A stretch of DNA of 64,000 bases, from positions 17,856,001-17,920,000 of the forward strand of contig OZ024759.1 of NCBI GenBank assembly GCA_964016885.1, written 5' to 3'. Every line of letters starts with the position of its first letter. Within the stretch, counting starts at the first letter, position 1. Shown in pieces: positions 38,621 to 55,696 of the stretch. Source of the stretch: Eledone cirrhosa (lineage: Eukaryota). The notes under the pieces are model-generated. The model saw only the letters and a list, made by a program, of their open reading frames with translations, was not told where the DNA came from and made no database searches. Position numbers and translations under genes: made by a program.

Positions 38621-38770
38621 TATGTGTATAATTATATGTTTGTGCATGAGTGTGTATGGATCACTGTAATTGTGAGATTTAACTGCTAGAATATATACAT
38701 ATTATGTGTTTAAATATAATTTTATATAATCATCATCATATATATATATATATATATATGTGTGTTTATG

Positions 38771-38803
<33 letters not shown>

Positions 38804-39020
38804 GTGTGTGTATATATATATATATATGTATATATATGTGTGTGTATATATATATGTATATATATGTGTGTGTATATATATATATGTATATGTACACACA
38901 CATATATATATATATATGATGATTGTATAAAATTATATTTAAACACATAGTCTAGCAGTTAAATCTCACAATTACAGTGCATCATACACACTCATGCACA
39001 AACATATAATTATACACATA
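38621..39020. repeat. Inverted duplication (38621-38739 / 38916-39020) centred on a TA/TG microsatellite
   Basis: CACTGTAATTGTGAGATTTAACTGCTAGA vs TCTAGCAGTTAAATCTCACAATTACAGTG. Confidence 0.85.
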
Positions 39021-39487
39021 TATATATATACATACATAGTATATATCTATATATACATATATATATATACATACATAGTATATATCTATATATATGTATA
39101 TATATATACATACATAGTATATATCTATATGTATATATATATATATATATATATCTATAAATGAAATATTTCTGTCAGAAAAGTACAGGAAAAAAGAGTG
39201 CTCTATGTAGGCTACAGAGCTTATTAGTTATGTAATAAACAACATAAGATAATTATTTAATTTACCAGTGGTTTCTTGAAGACAGATGTTGTGTCTGTCT
39301 TCAATATATATATATATATATATTGAAAGGATAACAAGGACGATTGGTTACTCCTACATTACATTTATTGGTAGGTGACACGTGTTTCGCCACTGATCTG
39401 CTCAAGGTTCAATCTGTATCGATCTTACCTGACTCAATAATTAGCAGCTCTCACCCGGGTGAACCTGCAGTAACTCCAAGTTACACT

Positions 39488-39545
<58 letters not shown>

Positions 39546-39550
<5 letters not shown>

Positions 39551-39754
39551 AACGAGTAGGACCCTGCCGGCTGAGCTCTAGCCGTTTCAATGTCTAATTC
39601 TGGACTAAAATGATTTTAGTCCAGAATTAGCCGTTGAAACGGCTTGAGCTCAGCTGTCGGGGTTCTACTCGTTCCTATTACCCACTCTACTACCCTAAGT
39701 ATTGAGTACTTTAGTGCGTTATGGTCCATCTGATTCCTTACCACATTTCCTTCG

Positions 39755-39757
<3 letters not shown>
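39546..39757 (+). mobile_element. Fold-back PLE pLTR family A in (TA)n
   Basis: Same structure and tail as 24795-25006. Confidence 0.85.
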
Positions 39758-39788
<31 letters not shown>

Positions 39789-39858
39789 ATTACGAGCTGA
39801 GGGTCTGCTAAGGTGAAACAATTGTTCTCGGTATGGTGAACTAACTGTTGTGTAACCA

Positions 39859-39894
<36 letters not shown>

Positions 39895-39895
<1 letters not shown>

Positions 39896-40372
39896 AAGGC
39901 GGGTAAAATTCCCGAGATCCATGGACGAGTTCTCTCCAGCGGTCTCTGTCCCTCATTATCGCTGCCATGCCCTGTATCTCCAACAGACCAGTGTCTGTCC
40001 TTAGGGCATCAACATACGTTAACCTTGTTCTCCCTCTTCTAGTGTGTCCATGTAGAGGCTCCCAAAGGAGTACTGAGTGCAATGTCAACTCTGGATGTCG
40101 GTGAGCATATCCAGCTAACCTCAGTCTCCTCTGTGTCACTTTTGAGCTGACTTTTGGGAGGCTCCCATACAGCTCTGAGTTTTTCATCCTCAGTGTATAC
40201 TGATTAATGTTCAGAGCCATCCTCAGCATTCTCGTGTAGCACCCATCCACCATCTGAGTGAGTTTCTTGGTCAGTGTCCAAGTCTCAGACCCATACAGCA
40301 ACACAGACTCCACTACAGCAATGAAGAGGCGGATTTTCAGGTCTCTACGAAGGTCTGACTTCCACACCGATC
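39895..40372 (-). mobile_element. RTE-type LINE ORF C-terminal fragment (distinct family) in (TA)n
   Basis: KIRLFIAVVESVLLYGSETWTL...DGCYTRMLR...RRLRLAGYAHR...RRGR. Confidence 0.85.
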
Positions 40373-40564
40373 TATATATACGTGTGTATGTGTGTAAGAT
40401 AGCTCCGTTTTTTTCTCTTTTTGTTGTTCTGCCAAGTAATTTTGAAGTCCTGCTTGTGACAAAATAGTATATCATAGATCTATGAACTGGCTATTGTTGT
40501 CATCACCAGCATCATCATCGTTTCTCTTCTTCATTGTGGTGGTGGTGGTAGGATGTGGACATTG

Positions 40565-42600
<2,036 letters not shown>

Positions 42601-42989
42601 TGAATTTTCATAACATCATTAACATCCATTCATCCAATTTTCTTCCCTAGTTTTTTATCTTCTTTTTTTTTTAGCTGTCTATTTCCCCCTACGCCCCACA
42701 TACTCCCACCCAACTTTTCTTTCTTCCTGCTCCCCCAACCTACCTCACCTTTAACCTTCTATTGTTTTTTCTTTCTTTTTTATTGGAATTGATTCATATG
42801 TTTTATATTTACTTTGTTTTGCCTCCTTTTAGTTTTGGTCTTCTAAGGAAATGATATAATTGAGAATGTCTGGGTTAATTTAGCTTCCACTTTTCAATTA
42901 GTCAGATAGTTCAATGTAAGGTATGAAAGAATCGGTAGACTCGTTAGAGTGTCAGGTAGAATGCTTTACAGTACTCTTGGGTAACTAAT

Positions 42990-43595
42990 AACCATGGAAT
43001 TTGCATATAGAAAGTTCCTCTGTGAGGCACAAATCTGGGCAAGGTTGTTTTTTGTGGAAGACCAGCAGTTTCCCGTACATCCCTGTCTCACATCTCCACA
43101 CCACCGATGTTGTCTAAAGGAAAGACAATGGCTAATACAGCTTGGCACCAGTGATGTCACAACTCATATATATTATATATACACTATATACAGTATATAT
43201 ACATGGTATATGTTGTCTAAAGGAAAGACAATGGCTAATACAGCTTGGCACCAGTGATGTCACAACTCATATATATTATATATACACTATGTACAGTATA
43301 TATACATGGTATACGTTGTCTAAAGGAAAGACAATGGCTAATACAGCTTGGCACCAGTGATGTCACAACTCATATATATTGTATACACACTATGTACAGT
43401 ATATATACATGATGTATGTTGTCTAAAGGAAAGACAATGGCTAATACAGCTTCGCACCAGTGATATCGCAATTCATTTTTACAGCTGAATGAACTGTATC
43501 AATGTGAAGTAAAGTGTCTTGCTCAAGAACTCAATGTAAAGCCCGGTTCGAGAATTGAACTCACAACCTCAGGAGTGTCAGCCCATTGTAAACCA
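42990..43595 (-). mobile_element. CORE-type SINE (second tail type) containing a 103-bp tandem expansion (43108-43470, ~3.5 copies)
   Basis: AAAGTGTCTTGCTCAAG...GAGAATTGAACTCACAACC; TGTCTAAAGG at 43111, 43214, 43317 and 43420; related copy at 50765-50975 (+). Confidence 0.8.
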
Positions 43596-43849
43596 TTCAC
43601 CTCCTCTTAATTCAATGTAAGTTATGAAAGAATCGTTAGAGCATCAGATAGAATATTTTCCAGTACTCTCAGGAGATTGGAAAATGGATAATTTTTCTAG
43701 GTTGTCTTCCTTGATGTTTTTTTTAGAAACCAGAATTAGTTGTTTAGTTTACATATTGAGACTCTAACCCATCCTGTTTATTTTTGTATGTTTTTTTATC
43801 AGGTATAATGTCTTTTAATGTCTAAAGAAATTAATTGTTGCAGAAATTC

Positions 43850-44260
43850 ATCATCATCATTGTCTTTTAACGTCTATTATCCACTCTAGCATGGGTTAGA
43901 CATGTTGTCCTGTTTGAGGCAAATCAGGTCAGGTAACTGTGCCTTGCTCCTACAGAACTGTTTCTGGTTTGGTTTCTACGGCTGGATGCCCTTTCTAATG
44001 CCAACCACATTTACAGTGTGTGCAGGGTGCTTTTTGTTGTGACACCTACATGACCACATTACAATGTAGGCTGCATGCTTTTTTTCATGACACCTACACG
44101 ACCACTTTATAGTGAGGACTGGGAGCTTTTTGACGTGACACCAACATGACAACTTTACTATGTAACGGTGGTGTGATCAGATGTGGGTGGGTGTTGGCAT
44201 GTGGGGTGTGTATAAAACATGGGGGATAGTGACTAAGAGGTGTCTACTAGATGTACCTTT
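43850..44260 (-). mobile_element. RTE family A-like 3' UTR with internal ~50-bp repeats
   Basis: (CAT)n, GGCTGGATGCCCTTTCTAATGCCAACCAC, repeated GACACCTACA.GACCAC. Confidence 0.75.
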
Positions 44261-44321
44261 CAGTCTCTGCACATGGGAATGCAGGTCTTCTGTATTATTG
44301 CATAACAACAAAGATCTCGAG

Positions 44322-44359
<38 letters not shown>

Positions 44360-44389
44360 TTGTATAAAAGCAGATGTATAGACAGATAT

Positions 44390-44663
44390 ACAGATGTACC
44401 ACCATGCATTTTGGGAGGAAAGACAAGTGTACCACCATGCATTTTAGGAGGAAAAATCCAGCGTCCACATACTCCCTCCACAACACTGATATCAAGAAGT
44501 CCTCTTGTGAACGTGACCTGGGCATTACTGTCAGCAGCGATTTGCGTTGGACAAAGCATGTCTCTAAGATTGTCAAGAAGGCCGAGGGTGTCTTGGCATC
44601 ACTCAGCAAGACCTTTGTTAGCCGCTCTCCAGCCATTTATTTAAAGCTGTATACAGCTATGGT
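44390..44663 (+). mobile_element. CR1-clade LINE RT fragment
   Basis: KCTTMHF...ERDLGITVSSDLRWTKHVSKIVKKA...LKLYTAMV. Confidence 0.8.
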
Positions 44664-44995
44664 ATTTTGTTAGAGGTGCCTACTGACTGTAGGTTTCGCT
44701 TTGTACTTAGGCAAGGCGGGTCTTCTGTATTACTGCGTAGCGCCAAAGATCTTGGTCCAGTGACATTGTCTTGGAGAGGTGTAAGTGTGTGAGGTCGGAA
44801 TTTATCAAGTCGTCCCAGGTTTTTCTGGGTCTGCCTACTCCGTGGCTACCGTCTATTTTTATCGCCCTGCACAGCTGTCGTCTTTCATGTGCATCACGTG
44901 ACCATACCAACGTAGTCTTCTCTCAAGTAAACAACATCTGATTCCTCTTATTCCTAATTTCTCCCTTAGTTCATTTACGCTTTGCCGTTCACGTA
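44664..44995 (-). mobile_element. RTE family A fragment
   Basis: Near identical to 17340-17685 (GRPRKTWDDLINSDLTHLHL...). Confidence 0.85.
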
Positions 44996-45013
44996 TTATA
45001 TATTATATATTAC

Positions 45014-45052
<39 letters not shown>

Positions 45053-45559
45053 CGTCGAACATGGACGTTAAACGATGATGATGATGATATAGACAGATAT
45101 ATATATATATATAGACAGATATATATATATATATAGACAGATATATATATATATATAGACAGATATATATATATATATATAGACAGATATATATATATAT
45201 ATATATAGACAGATATATATATATATATATATAGACAGGTATATATTTATTTATATATATAGATATATGCGTGTGTATATTTATATATATATGTATGTCT
45301 TTTTGTGTGCATATCGGCATACATTTATATAGTTATATATTACTTCACAGTCTGCAATGCGGAGTAATCACATAGATTTACATAAACACCTGTACAGAAA
45401 GTATTCCAGCTGTGCCAACATTTCCATATATTCTCATATTCCATTATTTTGGAATGAAGAAAAATGTTCCAAAATACATCAGATCAATTGACATGTACTG
45501 AGATGGTCGGTTAACTAGTGCATTTCATACCTCTGTCCAACAAATCTAATTATATGGCT

Positions 45560-46412
<853 letters not shown>

Positions 46413-46449
46413 ATTAAATAAATGGAAACTATATTTATAAAACCATATT

Positions 46450-46515
46450 TATTTCGTTATATATATTTCAGGGATATCATATTAACAATATGTTATGCCG
46501 TCTTCAGACAAAATA
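46450..46515 (-). ncRNA. Mirror copy of the type I hammerhead
   Basis: Reverse complement of 46659-46724. Confidence 0.7.
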
Positions 46516-46658
46516 CAATATAAACAGTCTTATAAATAAATAGATACGACATACCTTTCAATCACCTTGCATTTGGGAGGTTGATTCAACCTCCCAAATG
46601 CAGGGTGATTGAAAGGTATGTCGTATCTATTTATTTATTTATAAGACTGTTTATATTG

Positions 46659-46724
46659 TATTTTGTCTGAAGACGGCATAACATATTGTTAATATGATAT
46701 CCCTGAAATATATATAACGAAATA
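46659..46724 (+). ncRNA. Type I hammerhead ribozyme
   Basis: TATTTTGT / CTGAAGA (46667-46673) / 14-position stem II with 3 mismatches / GAAA (46705-46708) / TATATA / TA / ACGAAATA. Confidence 0.72.
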
Positions 46725-46888
46725 AATATGGTTTTATAAATATAGTTTCCATTTATTTAATATCATAAATATACTCCAAATACTTGTTGAGTGCTTTTAT
46801 ATCAGTTATAAATATTTACTCGTTGTTAACCCAACAATTTAAATATAACTTTCCATGTATATATATATATATATATACATATATATAC

Positions 46889-46922
<34 letters not shown>

Positions 46923-46933
46923 GTATATATATG

Positions 46934-47000
<67 letters not shown>

Positions 47001-47011
47001 GTATATATATG

Positions 47012-47042
<31 letters not shown>

Positions 47043-47099
47043 GTATATATATATGTATATATATATATATGTATATATATATGTATATGTATATATATG

Positions 47100-47133
<34 letters not shown>

Positions 47134-47164
47134 TGTATATGTATATATATGTATATATATGTAT

Positions 47165-47198
<34 letters not shown>

Positions 47199-47236
47199 GT
47201 ATATATATGTATATATATATATATAAATATATATAT

Positions 47237-48700
47237 ATCATCATCATCATCAACGTTTAACGTCCGTGTTCCACGCTTGCATGGGTTTGGACGGGGGTAG
47301 TCCCACTTGAGGCAAGAGTGATTGTCTTTCTCGCATAGGACTGTCTGGCAGGTTTTCTACAGTTGGATGCCCTTCCTAACACCAACCACATTTACAGTGT
47401 GGGTCTGGGAGGTTTTTACCGTGTTGCCTACACGGCCACATTACAGCGTGGACTGTGTGTTTTTTTGTCGTGACACCTACACGATCTCATTTGTTTCGGC
47501 CTCGATGGCGCGGCACCAACATAACTTTACATAGAACGGGGTGGTGTGGATGGGGTGGGGGTGGTGGTGGTGGGACGGGGTGTATTTTGTTAGAGATGCC
47601 TACTGGCTGGAGTAGGTTTTACTATATATTTAGGTAAGGCGGGTCTTCTCTGTTACTGAGTACCGCCAAAGATCTCGGTCCAGTGACATTGTCTTGGAGA
47701 GGTGTGTGTGATGTCGGAGTTTATCGGCTCGTCCCAGGTTTTTCGAGGTCTGCCTATTCCGTGACTACCGTCTATCTTTATTGCCCTGCACTTTGTTATA
47801 CAGCTATCGACTTTCATGCGCATCACGTGTCCATACCAACGTAGCCTTCTTTCGAGTAAACAACATCTGATCCCTCTTATCTCTAATTTTTTCCTTAGTT
47901 CGTTTATGCTTTGCCGTTCAAGTATATTACTGTTACACATCCAGCGGAGCATGCAAGCTTCGTTCCTCTCTAATCTGCGTATATCCTCTGCACACAATGC
48001 CCAGGTCTCACTGCCATGCAGCATTGCTGTTCGTATGCAGGCATCATACAACCTGCCTTTCATTTTTAGGGAGAACCCTTTAGCAGCTAATAGTGGTATA
48101 AGTTCTCTGAACTTTTTCCAACCAGTTCTGACTCTAGCTACAGTACTTTCAGAGCACCCTCCCCCACTGCTGATTTTATCGCCCAGGTAACGGAAGCTGT
48201 CCACTATTTCTATAGAACCCTCTGCGCAATGGAAAGAGCTAGTATTTTGTGGGCACTTGCTGCTACTTATTGCACCAGAACACCGGCCACATCTAAAATC
48301 TATGTTCTTAGTTAGCTTACCTGTGATCCCACTACATCTTTTATGCACCCATACTTTGCATTTAGGACATAAAATGGAGTTTCTACCTACGACTTTCCTA
48401 CACACCGAGCACGACCATTTCCCAGAAGGGACCGCCGCCTTGTTTTCTTTCCTACAAACTAGAACTTTGGTCTTAGCCAGGTTAATTTTAAGTCCTTTTG
48501 AATCTAGGCCGTGCTTCCATGTTTGGAATTTCTTCTCTAGCTCGGCCATTGATTCCGCTATGAGTGTCAGGTCGTCTGCGTATAGGAGTTCCCATGGGCA
48601 GCCTGTCTTGAACTCCTCTGTTATAGCCTGAAGGGCAATAATAAATAGTAGGGGGCTGAGAACAGAGCCCTGATGGACGCCAACTTTTACGCTAAACTCT
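47237..48700 (-). mobile_element. RTE LINE family A, 5'-truncated; RT C-terminal half with embedded PHD-type finger
   Basis: GVHQGSVLSPLLF, LLYADDL, KINLAKTK, CSVC...CPKC...HKRC...CGRC, FRYLG, RLRWYGHV; (CAT)n tail. Confidence 0.93.
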
Positions 48701-49526
48701 ATATATATAGCCATATAATTAGATTTGTTGGACATGAAATGATGATGATACATATAAATATATATATATATATATCATATATCTATATATCATATATCAT
48801 ATATCTTTATATATACATATACATATATATATATATAAAAAAATATGCTAGCATGGAAAATGGACGTTAAATGATGATGACGATATATATTCATATATAT
48901 ATATATATATATATCATATTAAAAATGCAAGGAAATCATAGACAAAAATATATCTATATATAGATATATATATAAAATATATACATATACCTATATATAG
49001 ATATGTATATAAACATATATATATATCATCATCATCATCATATATATATATATATAAACATATATATATATATATATATATAAACATATATATATTGTAT
49101 ATATTATGTATATTTACCCTTTATATATTGATTGTCTGTGGTACTGGGACCAGGAAGATCACAAATCAAAGGAGTACTTGATACATGGGTATTTTAGTGA
49201 GAGTAGAAGATATATATATAAATGTCTAATGGTAGCCAAGATGCTTCCATGGGTGGTATGCCGGTTGAGCACTCTATGCTCCTACAATTGTAACACACAA
49301 TAAATTGACTTCCGATGCATCACTTATTTTTCGTTTTCCATTCTATATCTATATATATATTTATATATATATATGTGCCCTATTGGCAAATAAATAGAAA
49401 TTTATATATATATAGAATTTAGTATATCTACTAACATATGTGTACAGATGTACGCTAATGCTAGCAAATACATAAGTTATGTCATAGTACCTAGGTGGTT
49501 CAATGCAGGAGGATGCAGAACAATAA

Positions 49527-49667
49527 TATGAAGGACGTAAAATAAGAAAATTTAAAAAAAAGCTTTTAAAAATTAACTTACTTACTACAATTTTCACTCC
49601 ACTGGAGTGAAAATTGTAGTAAGTTAATTTTTTAAATCTTTTTTTAAAATTTTCTTATTTTACGTCC

Positions 49668-49672
<5 letters not shown>
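49527..49672. mobile_element. Palindromic element (centre 49602) ending in (TA)n, probable fold-back pLTR remnant
   Basis: TATGAAGGACGTAAAATAAGAAAATTT...AAATTTTCTTATTTTACGTCCTTCATA; CACTCCA-C-TGGAGTG centre. Confidence 0.7.
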
Positions 49673-49710
<38 letters not shown>

Positions 49711-49746
49711 ATATAATATTTATATATTTATATGTGCGTGTGTATA

Positions 49747-50145
49747 TCATCATCATCATCATAACTTTACGTCCTCTTTTCTTGGCTTGCAAGGGTGGGA
49801 TGGGTCCTTTTTCAGCACAGCATCTCTCCATTTGTCATGGTCGTTCGTCATCTCCTCTGTGAGCGTCAGCAATCGGAGGTCAGCTCTCACCACCTCCGTC
49901 CATGTTTTTCATAATCTTCCTCTACTACGGCTTCCTTCCACTGGGATTACCTGGTATTTCGTTACTCACCGGTCATCTTCCATGTACCCTACTAATGCAG
50001 TCTTATCTCCTGCACACTATAGTTTTTTCCTCTTATACACAGTTTCACTCTCAACTTGTCCATGGTTGGTCGTTCATGCACATTGCCATTGCACATCGAT
50101 TGGAGCATGCCATCGCATGTCCTCCGCAGAGGATATGTGGCAATG
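49747..50145 (-). mobile_element. RTE family B, decayed
   Basis: Reverse complement similar to 25560-25985. Confidence 0.75.
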
Positions 50146-50149
50146 CAAC

Positions 50150-50611
50150 TAGATGACCTTTAACCAACCACCATTTTCTAGCAAGATTGTGCACAACCAC
50201 ATTGGGGACTGCATGTTCATGGGTTCCTAAATCAAACATTTCCAGACCGGTGGATTGGAAGGGATGGCTCACTCCCCTGGACTTCTCTCTATGGTGTTAT
50301 AATAATAATAAAGATATCGTGTATTAAAGATATCGTGTATTGAACAAAGAGACGGGACATCACTGATCTAAAGCAAAAGATCACTGATGCTATTGCCACC
50401 ATTGATGAGGCTAGCGAACATGGCAAGAAATCTAGTACCATCTTGATGTCCTTCATACAACTAATGGTTCCCATATAGAGGTGTATCAAATTAGTTAAAA
50501 AAAAATTCAATATCTACTCCTCATTTTGTAACAATTTCTACATATTTGTCTGTTCATTTGCTTTTGTAATAAATTTTGTAAATTGTAAAGAGACGTTATG
50601 GACACCCTGTA
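50150..50611 (+). mobile_element. Tc1/mariner-superfamily transposon relic, 3' part with TIR
   Basis: FLNQTFPDRWIGRDG, KDIVY, DLKQKITDAIATIDEA, LDV...NGSHIEVY; terminal GGACACCCTG-TA. Confidence 0.75.
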
Positions 50612-50648
50612 TATTATTTGTTTTACACTTGATATAGTCGGAAAAGAG

Positions 50649-50683
50649 TCTTAACATTTTGGACACTAGTCCTTCATCAGAAA
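50649..50683 (-). ncRNA. Decayed minimal hammerhead motif
   Basis: TTT-CTGATGA-A-GGAC-tagt-GTCC-aAAAtGTTA-AGA; two CpG-type changes from CCGAAACGTTA. Confidence 0.45.
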
Positions 50684-50984
50684 GTAGAATGAAAAATTAA
50701 AGAAGAAATATATATATATATATATTAGTGAAAACCTGAGAGGTTATATCCAAAGTTGGTAGAGCACTCAGTCCATGTTCAAAACAGTTTATTTTCATGT
50801 TGTTCTAGTGCACTTAGCTGTAGAAATGTGCTGCATTGTCACTGGTGCCAAGCTGTAACAGCCTTTGTCTTTCCCTTGGATAGAATCAGTGGCATAAAGA
50901 GGGGAGGCTGGTATGCATGGGTGACTGCTGGTCTGCCATAAAAAACAGCTTTCCTGGACATGTGCTTCAGAGGAGTGGACTGAT

Positions 50985-51515
50985 TGCTTTTTGTCATATC
51001 ACTAGCACGTTTATCTAACAGAGTGGATTGGCTGTTTTCGTCATGTCACCAACGCGACCACCTTACAGTGTGGACTGGTTGCTGCTTTTTGTCATGTCAC
51101 CAACACAACCACCTTACAGTGTGGACTGATTGCTGTTTTTGTCATGTCATCAACATGACCATCTTACAATGTGAACTGGTAGCTGTTTTTGTCATCTCAC
51201 TAGCACAGACACCTTACAGAGTGGACTGGTTGCTGTTTTTTGTCATGTCACCAACACGACCACCTCACAGAGTGGACTGGTTGCTGTTTTTTGTCCTGTC
51301 ATCAACACGACCACCTCACAGAGTGGACTGGTTGCTGTTTTTTGTCATGTCATAAACACGTCTACCTTACAAAGTGGACTGGTTGCTGTTTTTTAACATG
51401 TCACCAAGACGACCACCTCACAGAGTGGACTGGTTGCTGTTTTATCATGTCACCAGCACAGACACCTTACAGCGTTGACTGGGTACTTATCTTTATCTCA
51501 TGTCACCAGCATGAT
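50985..51515. repeat. ~50-bp minisatellite derived from the RTE 3' UTR module
   Basis: Unit CCTTACAGTGTGGACTGGTTGCTGTTTTTGTCATGTCACCAACACGACCA, about 10 copies. Confidence 0.85.
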
Positions 51516-51659
51516 TATATCTCTAATGTCGTTCCATACTTAAGAATCCTGACTGTCTAACCATGGTAACAGTGTTTGCCAGATGTACCATATCAAGATT
51601 ATCCCTGAGATGTCAACGATTGTTTGTCAGCAATTTACCCTTAACACTGATTGCTGAAA

Positions 51660-54373
51660 CACCTACAAGCACACATATACACATATATAAACATATACAT
51701 ATAGACATACATACACCTACACACTCACACATATACTTATATAAACATTTACTTATAGATATACATCCACCTACACACTCACATATATACACACATATAT
51801 ACACACATATATATATAGACATACATACACCTACACACTCACACATACACGTATATAAACATATACATATAAACATACATACATACACCTACACACTCAC
51901 AAGTGTACATATAGACAAACACCTACACACTCACACATATACATATATACACATATACATATAGACATACATACACCTACACACTCACACATATACATAT
52001 ATAAACATTTACTTATAGATATACATCCACCTACACACTCACATATATACACATATATATATATATATAGACATACATACACCTACACACTCACACATAT
52101 ACATATATAAACATACATATATATACATACATATACCTACACACTCACACGTGTACATATATACATATAGACATACACCTACACACTCACACATATACAT
52201 ATATAAACATTTACTTATAGATATAGATCCACCTACACACTCACATATATGCACATATATATATATAGACATACATACACCTACACACTCACACATATAC
52301 GTATATAAACATACACCTACACACTCACACGTGTACATATAGACAAACACCTACACACTCACACATATACATATAGACATACATACACCTACACACTCAC
52401 ACATATACCTAAAGACAGACATATATACACACACATACATATATACATATATGCACATATACATATAGACATACATACAGCCACATACACCCATGTACCT
52501 ACACACATGCATATATACACATAGGCACCCATATACACAAACACTCATATATACATATACATATAGACATACGTACAACCACATACATAATCATACACAT
52601 ACAGATATATATATATATATATACACGCACATATACAAATATACGCGTGCACAAACACACACCTATGTATACATACATATACACACACACATATACACAC
52701 ACTATGTATAAATACATATACACACGCACACATGCTGAAGCATGGAACAAACTACCTGCATCAGTTGTTAGCTGTCTAGACACTGCATCCTTTAAGGCCT
52801 CCATGCTTCCCGAGATCCACCAACACTACAGCTAACACATACACATGTACTTCCCTGACATTTGTCTATTATTCTATGTACTATACATACACCTTTGATG
52901 AGTTGTAGTGCACCTGAACACTTTACACAATAATTTCATTATTATTATATGTATACATACATATATACACACACATGTATACATACATATATACACACAC
53001 ATGTATACATACATATATACACACAAATACATACATACATATACACACACAAATACATACATATACACACACATGTATACATACATATACACAGACATAT
53101 GTATACATACATATATACACACATATGTATACATACATATACACACACATATGCATACATACATACGCACACACAAATACATACATACATACACACGCAT
53201 ATGTATACATACTTATACACACATAGATATACCTAGATATATACACACATATGTATAAATACATATATACACACATGTATACATACATATACACACAAAT
53301 GCATACATACATATATACACACACATATGTATATATACATATATACACACAAATACATACATACATATACACACACATGTATACATACATATATGGTGGC
53401 TGCCAACTCTTTTTCGAGTACGGCCACTACTTAATATCCATGTAGGAGAACCCTTACTGATGCGCTGAACGAGTGTGACTTTTTAGTCCAGCCAGCAACT
53501 TGAAAACTCTAGTACAAGCACTACACTTGTGACAATTATTGACACATAGTGCTGGGCCCATGGTACCATGTGATGACAAGTGCAGAGAGATCTCCAGATA
53601 TAAAGCAATGCCTGTGCCGTGAAGCTTTTATAGTGAGCAAAGGCACTGCACAAAGCCAGTCCCACTCTCTTAACCAAGATGATATTTACCAAAAAGAACA
53701 ACAAGTCAACATCATTGGATACCATCAGGGTTGCAGGTGTTATATCAGAGTTTTCCTTCTCCTAGAATTCTGCCTTTACAAAGGCTAAGGGGTCATCTCT
53801 CCCGGTGATTTTGGATGGCCATTGACTCTTAAGAGCTCCTTTGCCCTTTGACAGGTTTTGTTTTTAGTCCTGCAGGATGTCCAAAGTCATCCTCCTCACC
53901 AAGAAACCTTGGTGGGGTTGCCAGTTTAGTCGCCATGACCATGAGACAGGTTGTACTGGGATACATGTACATACATATATACACATATGTATACATACAC
54001 ACACACATATGTATACATATATACACACAAATACATACATACATACACACACACACACATGTAAACATACATATACACACACTCATATGTATACATACAT
54101 ACACAAACACATATGTATACATACATATATACACACAAATACATACATACACACATGTATACATACATATATACACACACATACATACATACACACACAT
54201 ACATACATACACACACTCACACAGATGCACACACTCAATTGCACTCACCTTCATGCACATATTCTTACACGTACACATGTGCACGAGCGCTCACATTCAC
54301 ACACATACATATCATGCGCACTCGCACATACACTCACACACATGCAATCACATTCACACCCATGCACATTATG

Positions 54374-54412
<39 letters not shown>

Positions 54413-55420
54413 CTCACATTCACGCACGTGCACTCACATTCACACACACACACATATACACACACACACATGCACTCACATTCACACACATACTCACACA
54501 CACATATACACATATGCACTAACATTCACACACATACACATTTCTACACACTCACATACACACACATACACTCACACACAGTTCTACACACACACACACA
54601 CTTCTACACACTCACATACACACATACATACACTCATACACACAACCACACAGTTCTACACACACACATACACTCTCACACACAACCACATACACACATT
54701 CCTACACACATGCACACACATGGTTCTACTCACACACATACACTCTCACACATGCACACATACATACACACGGTTCTACACACTCACACATATACGCACA
54801 CATACATACACACACATACACTCACACACATACTCACACACATACACTCACACACTCACACATGCACACATACATACACACTCACACATGCACACATACA
54901 TACACACAGTTCTACACACACACACACACTTCTACACACTCGCATACACACATACATACACTCATACACACAGCCACACAGTTCTACACACACACATACA
55001 CTCTCACACACACACACACACATACACACATTCCTACACACATGCACACATACATACACACGGTTCTACTCACACAAATACACTCACACATGCACACATA
55101 CACTCACACATACGCACACATATATACACACTCACACACATACACTCACACACATACACACATACATACACTCACACACATACACTCACACACATACACT
55201 CACACACATACACTCACACACATACACTCACACATGCACACACATGGTTCTACACACTCACACATACACTCACACATGCACACACACGGTTCTACACACT
55301 CACACACATACACTCACACACATTCAACCATACACACATACACACACCACACACACACCACACACACACACACACAACCACACATTCACACACAGCAAAC
55401 ACACACACAACAACACATTT

Positions 55421-55463
<43 letters not shown>

Positions 55464-55495
55464 AAAATATACACAGTTCTACACACTCACACAGC
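51660..55495. repeat. Extended (CA)/(TACA) low-complexity arrays with interspersed element fragments
   Basis: Direct inspection. Confidence 0.85.
52734..52948 (+). mobile_element. CR1-clade LINE 3' end with (ATT)n tail
   Basis: AWNKLPASVVSCLDTASFK followed by a short UTR and CATTATTATTA. Confidence 0.8.
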
Positions 55496-55696
55496 CATAT
55501 ATGTAAATATATAAATATATATGTGTACATATATTTCTATCAGAGAAAAAATATCTGCGACATAATTGATTAATATGTCGATATATCTTTCTAGAAACAT
55601 CATTTTCCCATTTGTATCTTTTCGCTTTCTGCTCCATTCCACTTTTTATATAAACTCTTCTTTCTACTTTAAAAAAAAATTATATAATGGTTAATT

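Noticed and set aside
39372-39410. Hammerhead-like GAAACACGTGTC on the minus strand
   Set aside because: No valid 5' core (TTGAGCA) and stem I does not pair
43762-43810. Second AG|GT recursive-splice-like site (TTTTATCAG|GTATAA)
   Set aside because: Regenerated donor is weak and no downstream donor is evident; kept only as a note
53877-55573. 545/486-aa His/Thr-rich ORFs
   Set aside because: (CA)n translations
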